Part shown: positions 1 through 12,022 of the stretch, piece by piece
How positions within the stretch are numbered: position 1 is the stretch's first letter
Layout of the letters: every line of letters begins with the position of its first letter
DNA from: the human T2T-CHM13v2.0 reference genome, Homo sapiens
NCBI RefSeq assembly: GCF_009914755.1
Contig: NC_060930.1
Length of the DNA stretch: 64,000 nucleotides
Strand: one strand, 5' to 3'
The notes under the pieces: generated by a model
Told to the model about the DNA's origin: nothing
The model's input: the letters and a program-made list of their open reading frames with translations, nothing else
Database searches by the model: none
Position numbers and translations under genes: made by a program

Positions 1-1305
1 AAGAGTTGCACAAGTGTACAGTCACAGCACTGACCCTTCAAGTAATACAGCCTGATATTTAAGCAAATGGTTGTCTGACAGCCACAAGTCTCCTTTAGCA
101 GTGAGTATGCCGTTCACATCATGAGATGTCCACACGATAAGATCTCTTCCCTGTATTATCTTAACTGCTTCAGATACTAAGACTGCTACTGCTGCCACTA
201 CCCATAAACAATGAGGCCAACCCTTTGCCACTACATCAATTTCCTTACTAAGGTATGCCACAGCTTGCAAGCTGGTTCCTTGGACCTGTATAAGGACTCC
301 TAGAGTTATTCCTGTTTTTTTCTGTGACATATAAAGAAAAGTCTTGCCCTGTTGGCAAGCTTAACACTGGGGCTTGGGTTCGGGCCTTCTTTAGGGCCTG
401 AAAGCCACTTCTGTTTCAGGTGTCCATTCTACTAAATGGGTATCGGCTTTCTGAGTTTCCTTAATTAGTGTTTATAATGGCCTGGCTATTTCACCGTACC
501 TGGAAATCCATATTTGGCAGAAGCCTGTTATGCCAAGGAACCCCCTTAATTGCTTCAGGGTTTTGGGATGAGGATAAGCCAGGATAGACTGGATACATTC
601 CTCACTGAGGGTCCTGGTGCCTTTGGATAGTTGTAGCCCTAAGTATTTATGTAAGCAGGGCTGAGCCTTTAGTTTGGAAAATTTGTAGCCACAAGTGGTG
701 AGGAAGTTTAAAAGCGCTTGGGTGGCTTGATGGCACAAGGTTTCTGAATGGGCAGCTAGAAGTAAGTCATCCACATACTGAAGGACATGAGTGTCCAAGT
801 ATGAGAACTGGCTCAAGTCTTGGGCTAATGCCTGGCCAAATAGATGGGGGCTATCCCTGAACCCTTGGGGTAAAACAGTCCAGGTGAGTTGAGACGTTGG
901 GTTCGAAGGATCTTCAAAGGTAAACAAGAATTGAGAGTCAGGATGTACAGGGGTGCAAAAAAAGGCATCCTTAAGGTCCAGGACTGTAAACCAGTCTGCT
1001 TCCTCTGGTATTTGGGAAAGCAGAGCATAAGGGTTAGGTACAGCTAGGTATAGAGAGACAACGGCCTCATTGATAATCCTGAGATCTTGCACTAACCTCC
1101 ACTGTCCGTTGGGTTTCTGTACTCCTAAAATTGGAGTATTGCAGGGGCTATTGCATGGTTTTACTAGGCCTTGGACTTTTAGGTCCTTAACAATCTTTTG
1201 CAGTCCTTGTTGGGCCTCGGGTCTGAGGGGGTACTGCCTTTGGTAGGGAAAGGAGGCAGAATCCTTTAGTTTAACTTGAACAGGACGGGCATTCTTTGCT
1301 CATCC
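1..1305 (-). pseudogene. HERV-W pol (reverse transcriptase and tether), disrupted
   Basis: QDLRIINEAV, VLDLKDAFF, LPQGFRDSPHLFGQ, QYVDDLLL, LRGFLGITGFC, VAYLSKEIDVVAKGWP; broken by stops and frameshifts; continues beyond position 1. Confidence 0.92.
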
Positions 1306-1713
1306 TTATTGTCCTTCTGTTGCCCAGACTTCAGGATTAATTCCTTCCTCAAGTAGTGGACAACAAACAGATGTTCCTTCTCCTATGTTCAGGTGTATAA
1401 TGGACCCTGCTTTTGCTAGAATGTCTCTCCCTAACAAAGGAGTGGGGCTTTCAGGCATAATTAGAAAGGCATGTGAAAAGAGTAAAGGTCCCCAGTCACA
1501 ACTCAGTGGTTGGGAGAAGTATCTAGTGACTGCCTGTCCTAGGACCCCTTGGATAGTGACAGATCTGGAGGACAGTTGTCTGGGACGGGAGAGTAAGACT
1601 GAGAAGGCTGCGCCAGTGTCCAGAAGACAGTTAACCTCCTGGTCCTCAATGGTCAAGCATACCTGGGGCTCTGTGAGGGTGATGGCATGGGCTGGCGCTT
1701 GCCCTGGGCACCC
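1306..1713 (-). pseudogene. HERV-W protease (and pro/RT junction)
   Basis: In frame after the gag stop; LLDTGAAFSVL active-site motif and LLGRDILAK motif; ends at an in-frame stop at 1308-1306. Confidence 0.88.
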
Positions 1714-3166
1714 TCAGTCTTGCTGCTGGATCATCTGGTTAGTGGCTTCTGACTCAGAGGACCTTCATCCCCTGGGGCAGTGGGCCTTCCAGTGATTCCC
1801 TTGACATAAGGGGCATGGACGAGGGGGCAGCTTATTCCTATTTGGATAATCTTTTTTAAAGTGTCCTTGTAGACTGCACCGGAAATAAGCCCTATTAGGC
1901 ATTTGATTTGCCCAGCCTTTCCATGTTCCAGAGCCTCCAAAGTCTACTTGCCTGAGAGCCATGACTAAAGCAGTGGCCTTTTTCTTATACCGTTTGTCCC
2001 ATTCTGCCTGCTCCTCCTGATCTCTCTGATAAAAAACTGAGGTTGCCAAGTTCAATAGGGTTTCTAAGTTTTGCTCCGGGCCTAAGGTGGACTTTTGTTT
2101 TTTTTCTAATATCTGCAGCTGACTGAGTGATAAACTTATCCTTTAAGATTAGTTGGCCTTCCATAGAGTCAGGTAACAGAGAGGTATGCTTCCTCAATGC
2201 TCCCTTAGTCTCTCCAGAAAGGCAGTAGGATTTTCTTCCTTTCCCTCTATAACAGTGGACATCATTGAATAATTTATAGGCTTCTTCCTAGTTTTCCTTA
2301 GTCCTTCTAGCATGCAAGTTAGCAAATGTCTGCAGCACCAATCTCCATGTTCTGATTCTGTGTCCCAGTGAGGGTCTACACTGGGAACTACCTGCTGGCC
2401 TGTGGGGAATTGTTCTCCTTCCTCTGTTGCAATCCTATCATTGACCTGACTGAGATACCAGAGATCGCCAAACTCTCAGGCTGCAGTTATGGCGGCACTT
2501 CTCTTATTTGGGGCTAGTGTCTAATTTAGCAGTAACATATCTCTCCATGTCAGATCAAAGGATTGTCCTAACCCTTGTAAAACATCAGTATAGCCATCAG
2601 GGTTATCTGAGAATTTACCTAGGTCTATTTTAATTTGTTTCAAGTCTGAGAGGGAAAAAGTTGCATGCACTCTGACTGGGCCGAATTCTCCTCCCACCAC
2701 TTGGATGGGACATAATCAGGGAATATTGGCACTCTTGGGTTCATTGTTTACCCCTCTGTCTATCTCTTTTTGGACCATTTGGGTTGAAGGGGGGGTCCTT
2801 ATTAGTTGGAGAAGGAGCCGGGGGAACACCGGGGCAGGGGGGTAGACTCTGAGGGCTTCCTGTAGGGCATAAATTTATACTTTTTACATAATTGCGAGTT
2901 GTCTCTTAATGAAAAAAAGGTTGTACATATGGCACTTCACTCCATTTGCCCTCCTTTCTACAAAAGAAGTCTAGCTGTAAGATGGTGTTATAATGTATAC
3001 TTCCCTCAGGGGGCCAGCTTTCTCCCCCTTGAAGAGGATATTGTAGCCAGGCAGTAATGCAGAAGAATATAAGTCATTTCTTTCTTAGCGTCTGAGGGTC
3101 AAATTGGTCCCAATTCTCCAGAATACATCTTAGGGGCATTTTTGCCTTGGGGGGAATGTTTCCCAT
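1714..3166 (-). pseudogene. HERV-W gag, disrupted
   Basis: ATG at 3166 (MGNIPPKAKMPLRCILENWDQ). Capsid/NC fragments in ORFs 1985-2197 and 1765-2055; CCHC knuckle CPLCQGNHWKAHC; premature TGA at 1767-1765; normal gag stop QQQD-TGA at 1716-1714. Confidence 0.88.
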
Positions 3167-4494
3167 CTGAAAAAAGAACATAGGGATGCCAGCACCCCTA
3201 GTTATTTTCTGATGAGCATTAGTCCTAGAGCGTCCTGTATGGTCCTAATGCTTACTCCTTTCCAGGGTGTGTAACCAACCATGGACCTCTGCTTATCGGA
3301 TTAGTTATGCTCACCGATGTAGCAGTTCTGCACCTGTTTTCCCACCTCTATTGACCACAGAGAAAGGGTTCTGGGCTGCTGGATTCTTGTGGTCCTTTAC
3401 CAGCATGCCCAAAATATTGGCAATAGCCTTTGCTCTCAGGGTGAGTTCTAGAGCTGGGCTGGGTTCCTGAGTATTTCATAACAACCCAGTTGCCCCATCA
3501 AGATGCATTCCCATAAACAACAGTTCTTATGCAAATTCATTTCAGAGAGGGTGTAGGTAATCTTCTGAGTCAGGATTGAGATAGAGTTTTTTTTGAAGAT
3601 GATAACCATTTTTTCCAAAGCAAACTTCCTTTATGTGTGTGGACTAAACTGTCTAAGGCCACAAGATTAGAAATTAGGATAATACAGGTTACACTGTGAA
3701 CTTTTAGCAAAATTTACTTTTGTTGAAAACCTTGTTAAGTCTGGAATTTCAATTATCCTTTGCTATTAATAAGACCTTGTTTAGTCTAAATTAACTTAGA
3801 ATTGGTATAGATGGTTCCTTTCTGGTTCTGTATTTTAAGGCTTGGCTTAGTGCCAACAGCTCCCACGTTTGAGCAGACCAATTATTAGGCAATTTTCCTA
3901 ACTCTGCTTCTACAAGAGTTTCCCTATCAATATCTGAATACACATTGTGGTTTTTTTCCCCTCAATCACGTGAGAGGAACCATCTATTGTCCTGTCCTGA
4001 AGGGAGTTCCTCCTAGGTTTGTTTGGACCTTTGTATGGTAATTAAGATTTAGATCCCCTGTTACGAAATCTGCTGGGTTAAAGGAATTATCAGTGGTTAG
4101 TGTTAAATCATCTTTTTCTAACAGAATAGCCCCATACTTTAAGATTTTTGAGTTAGTAAGCTACCTTTTTGCTTTTTTTGACTTAGGATAGTTCTGAACT
4201 GGTGAGGTGTGCTCACAATGAGGTTTCCTCTAAAAGTTATTTTTCTACTTTCTTCTGTTAGCAAAGCAGTTACTGCTACAGATTGAATGCATTTGGGCCA
4301 TCCGTGGGTTACTGGGTTAAGGATTTTTGATATGAAGGCTACTGGTTGTCAGTGGTCTCAGTGATTCAGGCTATGACATTGTTTGGTATTGGAGTGTTAT
4401 AGGGTCCCAGAGAAGATCTTCAATTACCAATTATAGGTTTTAAATTTACCCTGGCTTTTAAAGGAATAGGGCACACTGTTTTTTTCTTTACTAC

Positions 4495-4636
4495 TTCTCT
4501 CTCTTTCTCTCTCTGCCTTTCTCTTTCCCCTCTCTCTCTCTTTCCTCTCTCTCTTGTTCCTCTCTCTCTTGTTCCTCTCTCTCTCTCTCCTTCCTCTCTC
4601 TCTCTCTCCCCTCCCTTTCCTCTCTCTCTCTCTTTT
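4495..4636. repeat. CT/AG-rich low-complexity tract in the HERV-W pre-gag leader
   Basis: Nearly pure pyrimidine run on + with repeated TTCCTCTCTCTCTTG units; explains the ERER-rich ORFs. Confidence 0.9.
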
Positions 4637-5594
4637 TGTAGATGGATTTTGGGAAAACAGCAGAAGGATGTTTGCTCATTGCCCCCATTTGCCACTATAG
4701 GAATATGCACCTCCCTTAAATTTACTCAATTCGTTTTCATCCTAATCTATTATGTTGTTGTAGACCCAGTTCCAGTTATTAAAGTACTGGGTCATCAGTT
4801 CTAAGGCCCTGGCCAAGGAGCCAAGGCTTGGAGATTATATTGCCAGGGTGGGGGAGGAGAGGGGATGTTAAGCTGGGTAGAAATGGGGGAGGAGAGCATC
4901 TTACACAATGAGAGAGCAATCCTCCTAGCCATTTACAAACTTGGGGCTCTGAAAAGGATGATGGGGAATGGGTCTCACATAACTGCCCATTCAAGAGCTG
5001 CATACCTAAATTGGGAGGGACACCAGGGGCAAGACTCCCTGGGTTCATGGCCTAGTTGCCCAAGGACACAGTGTTGAGCTTCCTTAGATCCCTTTGGAGA
5101 TACAACTTGCTCTAATACTTGGGAGAGGAATTGAAAGTCTGAAGCATTAGTACCTAGGAGGCAGGGATTGGAGGAAGTAGATTCAAAGGTAAGGAGAATT
5201 TTGGGGCTACACTTTCAAGAAAGTCATGGTCGGGACCCGGAGGTAAGGGTCAGAAGGAGAGGTAGGGGCGCATGCATGGGCGACTGAGTAGAGACTTCTG
5301 GCTGCACCATGATGTCGGCCAATGCCGGGAGTTCGGGACTACAGCTTTCTGCCTCTAGTAGGCCCTCAGCTTCCCCAGGAAAATTGTGAAAGCGGAAGCT
5401 GCTTCCAGGCAGACCAATGCTCCCAACCCAGAAGGGTTGGGGGTTGTTAGAAAGCATTTTCCCAGGAAGCCTCAGCCTGAGTCTTAAGTCCAGCAGCCAT
5501 GCCAATTGTTTTTAACTGGCTGAGAGGTGCCTGGTATTTTCTTCAATTCTAAGGAAGGATAGGAAAGAACAGCAAGGGAAAGTGGTCCAATATT

Positions 5595-5600
5595 ACTCAC
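5595..5600 (-). promoter_or_regulatory. Proviral major splice donor
   Basis: GTG|GTGAGTAATATTGG just downstream of the PBS. Confidence 0.7.
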
Positions 5601-5611
5601 CACTTTGGAGA

Positions 5612-5631
5612 ATCCCCATACGAGGCCACCA
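5612..5631 (-). promoter_or_regulatory. Retroviral primer-binding site, best match tRNA-Ile(AAU)
   Basis: TGGTGGCCTCGTATGGGGAT, 2 nt after the LTR. Complement of the tRNA-Ile(AAU) 3' end is TGGTGGCCCGTACGGGGAT (1 insertion, 1 CpG transition). Confidence 0.75.
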
Positions 5632-5633
5632 AA

Positions 5634-6372
5634 TGTTACCCGGTGGGTCTTTGTTCTTAGAGTTCCCAAGATGGGGCGGCAAGCCTTTTGTTCTCTGACC
5701 TGGGGTTCTTGGCCTCATGGATTCCAAGGAATGGAATCTTTAGCCATGCGGTGAGTGTTATAGCTCTATTAGAAGCCATGGGTCATGGAAGAGAACCGTG
5801 GAACCCAGAGACTAGTGTTCAGCTCAATTAGGATGAACCTGGGCACTTAGCCATGCAGGAACAATGGCAAGCCTCTAGCCAAATGGGAGCATCAGTGGGT
5901 GCCTCGCTGAATCAGAAATGCAGCAGACACTCTGCCAGATCCAGAGGGGTGGAAGTCAACGGTGGGTCTGTGATGGCAGCGAACAGCAGTGGTGGATGGT
6001 GAGTGAAAGCTCAGCTCGAGCCAGAACAAACATGGACCAGAAGAGTGTGTAGTTGCAAGATTTAGCAGAGTGAAAACAGAGCTCCACACAATCGGAGGGG
6101 ACCCAAAGGGGGTTGCCGCTCCCTGCTTGAATGCCTGGGTTTATATCCCAATCATTGTCCCTCCCCCTGTGCTCTCAGGCAATATGATTTGACTATTTCT
6201 TTACCTCCTGCTTTTAGCCTAATTTGTACTTTAGTGAGCCCTCTTTACCACCTGATTGGTTGGGTGTGAGCTGAGTCACAAGCCCCATGTTTAAAGGTAG
6301 GGCTATTGCCTTCCCCAGCTAGGCTTAGGAATTCTTAGTTGGCCTAGGAAATCCAGCTAGTCCTGTCTCTCA
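5634..6372 (-). mobile_element. 5' LTR (LTR17)
   Basis: TG...CA termini (6372 and 5634), ending ...GGGTAACA; CCAAT at 6259-6255; TATAAA at 6145-6140; immediately followed by a PBS. Confidence 0.92.
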
Positions 6373-6613
6373 GTGTGATCTTGGCTCACTGCACCCTCTG
6401 CCTTCCAGATTCAACCAATTTTCCTGCCTCAGCCTCCCAGGTAGCTAGGATTACAGGCACACTTGACCACACCCAGATAATTTTTTGTATTTTAGTAGAG
6501 ACAGAGTTTCACCATGTTGCCTAGGCTGGTCTCGAACTCCTAAGCTCAGGCAATCCACCTGCCTTGGCCTCCCAAAGTGCTAGGATTAGAGGCATGAGCC
6601 ACTGCGCCCAGCC
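6373..6613 (-). mobile_element. Alu, interrupted by the HERV-W insertion
   Basis: Antisense Alu from ...GATCTTGGCTCACTGC to GAGCCACTGCGCCCAGCC; the 3' end and poly(A) are missing exactly at the LTR boundary. Confidence 0.92.
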
Positions 6614-7899
6614 TCAGGCTATGTAATTTTTAAATAATTTCAAAAATCTTCCAAATAGGAATGCTTTTCAGAGTTGATGGCATCTTACAATCACTGTAGG
6701 GCAGGCAGCATGCTTGTTCAATTTTAATCACTTTCACTGAGTTCTTTGCACTGCTGGTACAGCAAGGATTGAATTTACCAAATAAAATGTCTTCAACAAG
6801 GTTACATAGCAGCATTGAAACAAAAGACTACTGTGCACATAAGGCTTAGAAAGAAAAAGGTGGGGCATAAACTTGACATTAATGAAGGTCACAGAAGGAA
6901 TGGTGTCAATTCCACATTTTCTTACAGCAACAATAAAGCACTTTATGGAACCAAACTAGTAGAAATCAACTTAGAGTTTGTTTGAGACATATGCAAAAGG
7001 ATAGACTATTGCATGCCAAACAATGCAATGGAAAGCAGAAGACTTCAAAGTAATGAGGGACTGATGTGACTGATGACATGCTGCACAGGACTATGGATAA
7101 GGCATTGTATCAAGTTTAATTGGCATCATGTTTTCTTCCTGGTTCAATAACTAATGACACATCTTAGATTTTAAAAAGTTAAATATATAAGTAAACAGGT
7201 AAATGGAGACTTGTGAAAGAGTTTGTGCTCTCAGTTTTTTGGGGGGCTACAGTGATCCATTTATAAGGGACTTAATTTTCTTTTGGTAAATAATAAGTTG
7301 TCTCCTGCTCTCCTTTCTAACATAGGGAATGTTTGGATAAAGTTTACATATCTTCTTATATACTTTTTCAAATGATTGTTTTAAGATATGTACCGCCTGT
7401 ATCTAAAATAAAAGCTGAAAATGAAAAAAAATATATATATGAATCATTTGGTCTCTTACAGGTGAGCAACACTTAAGTACAGAAATAATGGAATTTTCCT
7501 GTGTCTTGTTACCTACAAATAAAATGAAATGATTTCCCCTTCTTACTTACTTATGATCTAATAGAAATGACTATTGAGATTTACTACAGAATGTTGATAG
7601 CCTGTTTTGATTGCCAGGAGAATTAAATGCTAGTTAGGTGAGGATCAAATACACTTGCATTTGTGTATCAGGCTTCTGTTTTTAATGCCATACTTTGGCA
7701 GTCACACAAGAAACATTTCCCATGCTTTCTTAGTAAAGCAATATCACAAATACACTTGGCTTGCAAAAATGAGGGACTCAAGAAAATACTGTTACTCATA
7801 TTATATTAGAGGCAGCAATACAATGTGTCCAGGATGGAAGTGTACATTTTTATGTCTTCTGTTTAGAATCAAGACCTAGAAAGTGTTTCTTCCATCAAT

Positions 7900-8130
7900 C
7901 ACGTTCTCCCTAGCATTTGTTCTCATAGCACCATCAATGCCCTTTTCACGAACACTTACACTGTGGTAAGTTTACATTTATTTGAGTTATTATTTGATTA
8001 CTGTTTCTTCCACTAGATTTTATACTGTATGTGTGCAGAGAAGTTCTACATCGTGTTCACTACAATACTCCTGATATCTAGAATGATACCTGATTCACAG
8101 TTGATGTTCAATAAATATTTGTTAAGGATT
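7900..8130 (+). mobile_element. L2 3'-end remnant
   Basis: CCACTAGA...CTAGAATGATACCTGA...TTCAATAAATATTTGTT, typical degenerate L2 tail; boundaries approximate. Confidence 0.55.
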
Positions 8131-8239
8131 GAAAATATTAATAGGCAGATAATTGTGCAACTGACTTTCAGAAAGCCATGAGGATTATTTTAAGTCTGTC
8201 TTACTAAAATTAGCACAGTGCTTTGATTGTACCAGCATC

Positions 8240-9590
8240 TTAACCATTTTAAGTGTACAGTGCTATTGAATTAAGTGCTTTCATATTGATGTGCAGCTAT
8301 CACCACCATCCATCTCCAGAACTTTCTCATCTTCCCAAACTCAAACTCTGTACTCATTATACACTTACTCCCAGTTCCCCTCTCCTTCCAACCCCTGACC
8401 ACCACCATTCTACTTTGTGTCTCTGTGAATTTGACTACTGTAGGTATATGTAAGTGGAATTATACAATACTTGTCATTTTGTGTCTGATTTATTTCATTT
8501 AGCATAATGTTTTCAAAGTTCATTTATGTTGTAATGTGTCAGAATTTCATTCCTTTTAAAGCTGAATAATATTCCAAGGTATGTACAGCCATCACTCAGT
8601 ATCCCTGGGGGATTGGTTCCAGTACTCTCCTTGAATACCAAAATCCACAGGTACTCAAGTCCCCTTATAAAAAATGGTGTGGTATTTGCATAGAACCTGT
8701 GCACATTCTCCCATATACTTTAAATCATCTGTAGTTTACATATAATGCTTAATCAGTGTATGTAAATGCTACGTAAATAGTTGTTACACTGTATTGTTTA
8801 GGGAATAATAAGGGAAAAGGCCTACATGTTCCGTACAGATGCAAGCATCCATTTTTTTTTCAAATATTTTTGATCCATTGTTAGTTGAATCCATGGATGA
8901 GGAATTCGTAGACATGAATACCGCATTTTGTTTACTCACACATGCATTGATGGACACTTCAGTCTCTTCAAATTTTGGCTATTGAGAATAATGTTACTAT
9001 AAATGTGAATATATAAATATTGATTCAAGTCCTTGCTTTGAATGATTTTGGGTGTATACCCAGAAGTAAAATTGCTGGATCATATGGTAATTTTATTTTC
9101 CATTTTTTAAAATACCCTCATATCATTTTCCGTAGTGGCTGCATCATTTAACATTCCCAGCAGCAAAGCACAATGGTTCTAATTTCTCCACATCCTCACC
9201 AAAAGTTATTTTTTAGTTTTTTTATTTGCTTTTATGTTAATCATCCAAGTGGGTATAAAGTGGTATCTCAATGTGATTTTGATCTGCATTTCCCCAGTGA
9301 TTAGTGATGGTGAGCATCTTTTTATGTGCTTACCAGCCATTTGTATATCTTCTTCAGAGAAATGTCTATTTAAGTCCTTTCCCTATTTTTTAATAGGGTT
9401 GTTCATTTTTTGATGTTGTTGAGTTGTAGTTCTTTATATATTCTAGATATTAATTTCATATCATATAGATAATTTGCAAGTATTTTCTCCCATTCTGTGG
9501 GTTACCTTTTCACTTTGTTAATAGTGTCATTTGATGCACTGAAGATATTAAATTTGAAGTCCAATTTATCTGTTTTTTTCTCTTGTTACC
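8240..9590 (-). mobile_element. Old L1 (L1M/L1MB-like) 3' region, split by MER2
   Basis: Antisense L1 3'UTR/ORF2-end text (TATACCCAGAAGTAAAATTGCTGGATCATATGGTA, GAGAAATGTCTATT, GCAAGTATTTTCTCCCATTCTGT). Confidence 0.8.
8586..8915 (+). mobile_element. MER2 (Tigger-type DNA transposon) nested in the L1
   Basis: TA|CAG...CAGTATCCCTGGGGGATTGGTTCCAG...ATACCAAAATCCAC...CTCAAGTCCC, matching the MER2 start; right terminus degenerate. Confidence 0.8.
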
Positions 9591-9926
9591 TAGCATTATG
9601 TTTTACAACACAGTGAAAACAAGTCTGGGATCAGATGGACTTGAGTTCAAATCCTGATTTTGCTCCTTTCCAGTTGGGTAGCCCTGGTAGGTCAGTCCCT
9701 TATTTTTGTTTTAATCACATATTTATAAAATCATACTAAATAGTACCTTCCTTATTTAGGTTTTGGGGACTAAAATATGTTAAGTAGCTTTGGGGTCACA
9801 ATTCATGTTATATTAATATTAGTTAATGTCAACAATCATAAGATTTCCCTCCCAGAAATAAGTTTATAATATATTATTATCTTTATCTTTACTATCGCAA
9901 CATATTTTAAAAATATGTTCAAACAG

Positions 9927-10116
9927 CATCTCTACCAAACCTACAAAAATTAGCCAGTCATAGTGGCTTGCACTGGTACTCCCAGCTATTTGGGAAGGTA
10001 AGGTAGGAGTACTGCTTGAGTCCAGGAGGTGGAGGCTGCAGTGAGCCATGACTGTGCCACTATACTCCAGCATCGGTGACAGAGTAAGACTCTGTCTCAA
10101 AAAAATAAAATAAAAA
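9927..10116 (+). mobile_element. 5'-truncated Alu (AluJ-like right arm)
   Basis: GCTTGAGTCCAGGAGGTGGAGGCTGCAGTGAGCCATG...GACTCTGTCTC plus A-rich tail. Confidence 0.88.
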
Positions 10117-10719
10117 TGTTTACAGAGGTCTGGAAAAAAGAGTTTTCTCTGGAAACCTCACCATTAGAAATAACTTATCATAGCATTTGGAAGTTTTGTA
10201 CATATATATATCTCTAGAGGAACTAATATCGTAAGAGCAAAAGCTGACAGGTTCATTTCCCCCTTTCTAATCTTTAATAGTAAACTCTTAAAAAATCACC
10301 AAGACTTTCCCACTGGCTGTGCCCCAGCTCTGAATTCCTCAGCTCCCCACTCATGGTAGGGTGTTGTTTACTGGATGGAAATAAGTAGCTAGATGAAGGG
10401 AAGTTTTGTTGAAGGATATTTGCTTTGGTGATTGCTTCTACCAATCAATGCTTTCACTGACAGGAACTTCACCCCTAAGATGGCACCCACTAGCTGCTGG
10501 GTCAACAGCCATCCACATGGTTTTTTTCAGAGCAAAGCAGAGTTTCCCCAAAGTGTCTTGGATCTCCAACAAGACAGGAAAAGTCAGCAAGGAGAAAGAA
10601 CCTTCATTCTCTTTCCTCTTCCCTTCCCTTCTCTTCTCCCTCCTTCTCTCTCAGTAAGAATTATTTCCCTAATAATTATTATTGCCCAATCTCCTTCCTT
10701 CCATGTTTACAGATGCCAT

Positions 10720-10915
10720 TTAGGCATCAGAAGACCTATGCTGAGTCCTAACTTTTCCCTTGATGGCCAAGTGATTGTGGGTAAGTCTTTAACTTCTGTG
10801 AGCCTCAGTTTTCTTACATACAAAGTTAGGATAAAAACATCTCACAGGATTGTTGGAAAGACAAAATGAAATAATGCATGGGAATCTGTGGTGTGTAATA
10901 TAAAATGCTGTGTAA
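10720..10915 (+). mobile_element. MIR
   Basis: Core TCTGTGAGCCTCAGTTTTCTTACATACAAAGTTAGGATAA...CTCACAGGATTGTTG. Confidence 0.7.
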
Positions 10916-11657
10916 ATTCTAGTGGGGTTTTTTTGTACCTCATATGAGGGAAATTCTGCATTAATTTTTTTCTGTCTTCCCCTGGGAGGCATTGTCTTCT
11001 TAATGCATTTAATTTAATAGAGGTAAGGCAAGAGAAAGAATCACATTCACCAGCGAACGATTAGCTGGGTTTTGGTCTGGTTTGAGAAGGGAAGAGGCTG
11101 AAGCAACAGCAGAGAAGCTTTTCTCCAGTGGCTCAACAGTGGGCATTATATGGAGATAATGAGCATAGGACCAGGAGAAAAAAGCAGGGCATCAGCATCT
11201 CCTCATCTAGGAGGTCAGTCAGACACTGTACATGTTCTGTGTCAGTCTCCCCTCTTCAGAATTAACAGCTGCTCTTCCCAAAACCAACCTTGTCAAAGGA
11301 GATTACAATGTATAACTCCCCCAAGGAAACTTTTTGGCCACTACCTTATAGAAAGGAAATGACATGTGTCCTGGGTCATTTCTGGACAATTGTGTGATAA
11401 GACTAACTATGGAGGACAGAACTGGTTAGGCATTCAATACACTGATTTGTCATGAAGCAGTTGCCTGGCAGAGTCACCTAGCATTATCAGTCAGTTTTCA
11501 TATAGTCACAGAGTCATGACTACTCATAGTAACCCTCCAGAAGCATCATCCACACAGAGGGTGAGCTGTGCATTCAGGGAACTGTTCTCCCATTGTCATT
11601 GTTCACATTTCTTTTAGGGTGCATATTACTTTCTGCTTTGCAGAGTTTCTAAAGCTT

Positions 11658-11864
11658 CACTGCCCAACATGGTAGCCACTAGCCACATGGGGCTAAACTT
11701 ACATTTAAATTTGAATTAATTAGTATTTAATAAAATTTGAAATTTAGACCCTCAGGCAGACTAGTCTCATTTCAAGTGCCCAGTAGTTACATGGTCTAGT
11801 AGCTACTGTCCTGGCCAGTGTAGAATATTTACATCTTTGCAGTAAGTTCTATTGAATAGTACTG
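11658..11864. mobile_element. MER3-like hAT-Charlie element
   Basis: ATGGTAGCCACTAGCCACATG...CATTTCAAGTGCCCAGTAGTTACATG...AAGTTCTATTG. Confidence 0.7.
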
Positions 11865-12022
11865 TTCTAGAATACTCACTTACCATTTCCATCACTCTTC
11901 CCTAGCTATTAGCAAATGGTCCCCCATCTTCACAGCTCTCCTTGATTCTTGATCCCTCACATCTCCCCCATATAACCTAAGTCACAGTCTCCAATTTTCC
12001 TACTGTTCTTTGTAAATACCTC

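Larger units (their letters stand above)
1..6372 (-). mobile_element. HERV-W (HERV17/LTR17) provirus, 5' half; defective; truncated by the left window edge
   Basis: LTR begins TGAGAGACAGGACTAGCTGGATTTCCTAGG (LTR17 type). Followed by PBS, splice donor, ~2.4 kb leader, gag (MGNIPPKAK..LRCILENWDQFDPQ), protease (LLDTGA) and RT (LPQGFRDSP, YVDDLLL), with multiple stops and frameshifts. Confidence 0.93.

Noticed and set aside
4420-4710. Glu/Arg-rich ORFs
   Set aside because: Translation of the AG-rich low-complexity tract in the ERV leader.
8586-8915. MER2 nested in L1 as a novelty
   Set aside because: Ordinary nested insertion; listed as a feature only.
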